Origin: a bacterium
GTDB taxonomy: Bacteria > Methylomirabilota > Methylomirabilia > CAVQYV01
Direction: 5' to 3'
DNA length: 15,529 bases
Assembly (NCBI GenBank): GCA_043800755.1
Contig: JAZDMQ010000097.1
Location: 1 to 15,529, forward strand
Part shown: in pieces, positions 14,635 to 15,529 of the stretch
How positions within the stretch are numbered: the first letter of the stretch is position 1
Layout: each line of letters opens with the position of its first letter
Notes under the pieces: generated by a model
Databases searched by the model: none
What the model was told of the DNA's origin: nothing
The model's input: only the letters and a program-made list of their open reading frames with translations
Made by a program: the position numbers and the translations under genes

Positions 14635-15529
14635 TCAATCCACTACGATCATCACCCGGCATTTCTCCAAAAAGCTTAAGTTGGCCCCTGCCGAATGGAT
14701 AGTTGCTGCGTCCGCATTGCTGATGACGACATCGGTCTTGCTCGTCCCGGAGGTCCTCACTCCTTTCACCGTAAGGGGATTGTTGGTCACGCGAGGATTG
14801 GCTTGGGCGGCAGCCAACTCCTTGGAATAGCCAGCCATCCCCTGCTGGATTGCATAATCCCGCTTTACGAAGGCCGAACCGTAAACCTCTCTCCCTTCTT
14901 CATTCAGGATCCTGGGCACCATGGCGGGCCTGACATTGAGTCCTCGGGAATCCACGACCAATCCCGTCAGCATGGGGGAGGCAGGGGCCGCAGGGGCAAT
15001 TGCCGAGCCCGGCGCCGCGGGGGCAGCCGGGGCTGATCCGGAGGCAGGAGCCGCGGGAGCCGCTGGCGGCACTACCGGTTGAGCGGGCCCTGCAGGTTTA
15101 GGCAGGAGTTCTTCCGCCAGTTGGCCGGCCAATTTCACCCCAATCGTCACCTCCACAGAGCCATCGGACATGTATTGGGTCTTCATCTCCGACGCCCCGC
15201 GAATAATGCCCTGAACCGCGGTCCGTATACGGTCACTGCTCACAATGAAATTCTCCACCACCGTCTCCGAATCGACCCTGACCCCTTTCAGGGTTTCGAG
15301 GAGATTCCGCTGGGCCACCACCACCGCCGCCCTCTTGGCCATCGCTCGGGCCTGGGCGGCGTTCACTGGATCGCCAGGAGGTGCTCCGATGCCCACTGCC
15401 ATCACCACCCCATTGCTCCAGTCGACCTTTCCGCTATCACCGATATTCTCCACTACATCGGAGACCGAACCGATCAACTGAGCAGATGAGGGAACCCCGG
15501 CCCAGACCAAGAAACCCACCAACACCAGG
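14635..15529 (-). CDS. LPP20-family exported protein with Pro/Ala linker and conserved C-terminal domain; 5' end outside the window
   Basis: Tail of a signal peptide at the window edge; VDWSNGVVMAVGIGAPP...AKRAA...AQRNLLE..KGVRVDSET.V; C-terminal TGLVVDSRGL.V.PAM.PRILNEEG.EVYG...CRVMIVVD. Confidence 0.8.
   Translation of the reverse strand, partial: LVLVGFLVWAGVPSSAQLIGSVSDVVENIGDSGKVDWSNGVVMAVGIGAPPGDPVNAAQARAMAKRAAVVVAQRNLLETLKGVRVDSETVVENFIVSSDRIRTAVQGIIRGASEMKTQYMSDGSVEVTIGVKLAGQLAEELLPKPAGPAQPVVPPAAPAAPASGSAPAAPAAPGSAIAPAAPASPMLTGLVVDSRGLNVRPAMVPRILNEEGREVYGSAFVKRDYAIQQGMAGYSKELAAAQANPRVTNNPLTVKGVRTSGTSKTDVVISNADAATIHSAGANLSFLEKCRVMIVVD
14974..15103 (-). repeat. Low-complexity Pro/Ala linker with imperfect PAAPA repeats (coding)
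   Basis: PKPAGPAQPVVPPAAPAAPASGSAPAAPAAPGSAIAPAAPASP; very GC-rich imperfect DNA repeats. Confidence 0.7.

Noticed and set aside
2153-15489. Numerous other overlapping ORFs, e.g. 2153-2821(-), 7480-8211(+), 8030-8782(+), 13791-14552(+)
   Set aside because: They are GC-rich shadow or alternative frames over well-supported genes, with no recognisable motifs.
1-15529. CRISPR array, IS/transposase, prophage, tRNA or rRNA
   Set aside because: No regularly spaced repeats, terminal inverted repeats, integrase or transposase motifs, or tRNA cloverleaf were seen; the intergenic gaps are short.

Overview
GC-rich, gene-dense bacterial chromosomal segment, probably from a diderm: it has lipoboxes, CsgG-like and MshEN proteins. 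A Desulfobacterota/Nitrospinota-like origin is only an impression. I see no mobile element, CRISPR array, rRNA or tRNA. Left end (minus strand): an endonuclease III family gene, then an HD-domain tRNA nucleotidyltransferase that the ORF track missed; it runs off the window and lacks the flexible loop, so it looks CC-adding. A near-consensus sigma70 promoter drives a small plus-strand unit: a DUF1858 CxxC protein and cysE. The rest (2903-15529) is one long minus-strand run. It opens with five uncharacterised envelope genes: LPP20-like, a TPR+SLH lipoprotein, a FlgT_N-like protein, a CsgG-like/FlgT_C-like lipoprotein and an exported FecR-domain protein. Next come pgsA, a PDZ/radical-SAM DUF512 gene, tsaB and rimI. 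After an internal promoter and a highly structured ~185-nt leader come a HOGA-like DapA-family aldolase, ccdA, an ATPase-less MshEN (c-di-GMP-binding) protein and a zinc-finger/TM/NodB deacetylase. The best candidates for undescribed biology are the H-ring-like envelope module with an SLH tether, the MshEN-deacetylase pair and the structured leader. All family calls come from motif recognition by eye, not from database searches.
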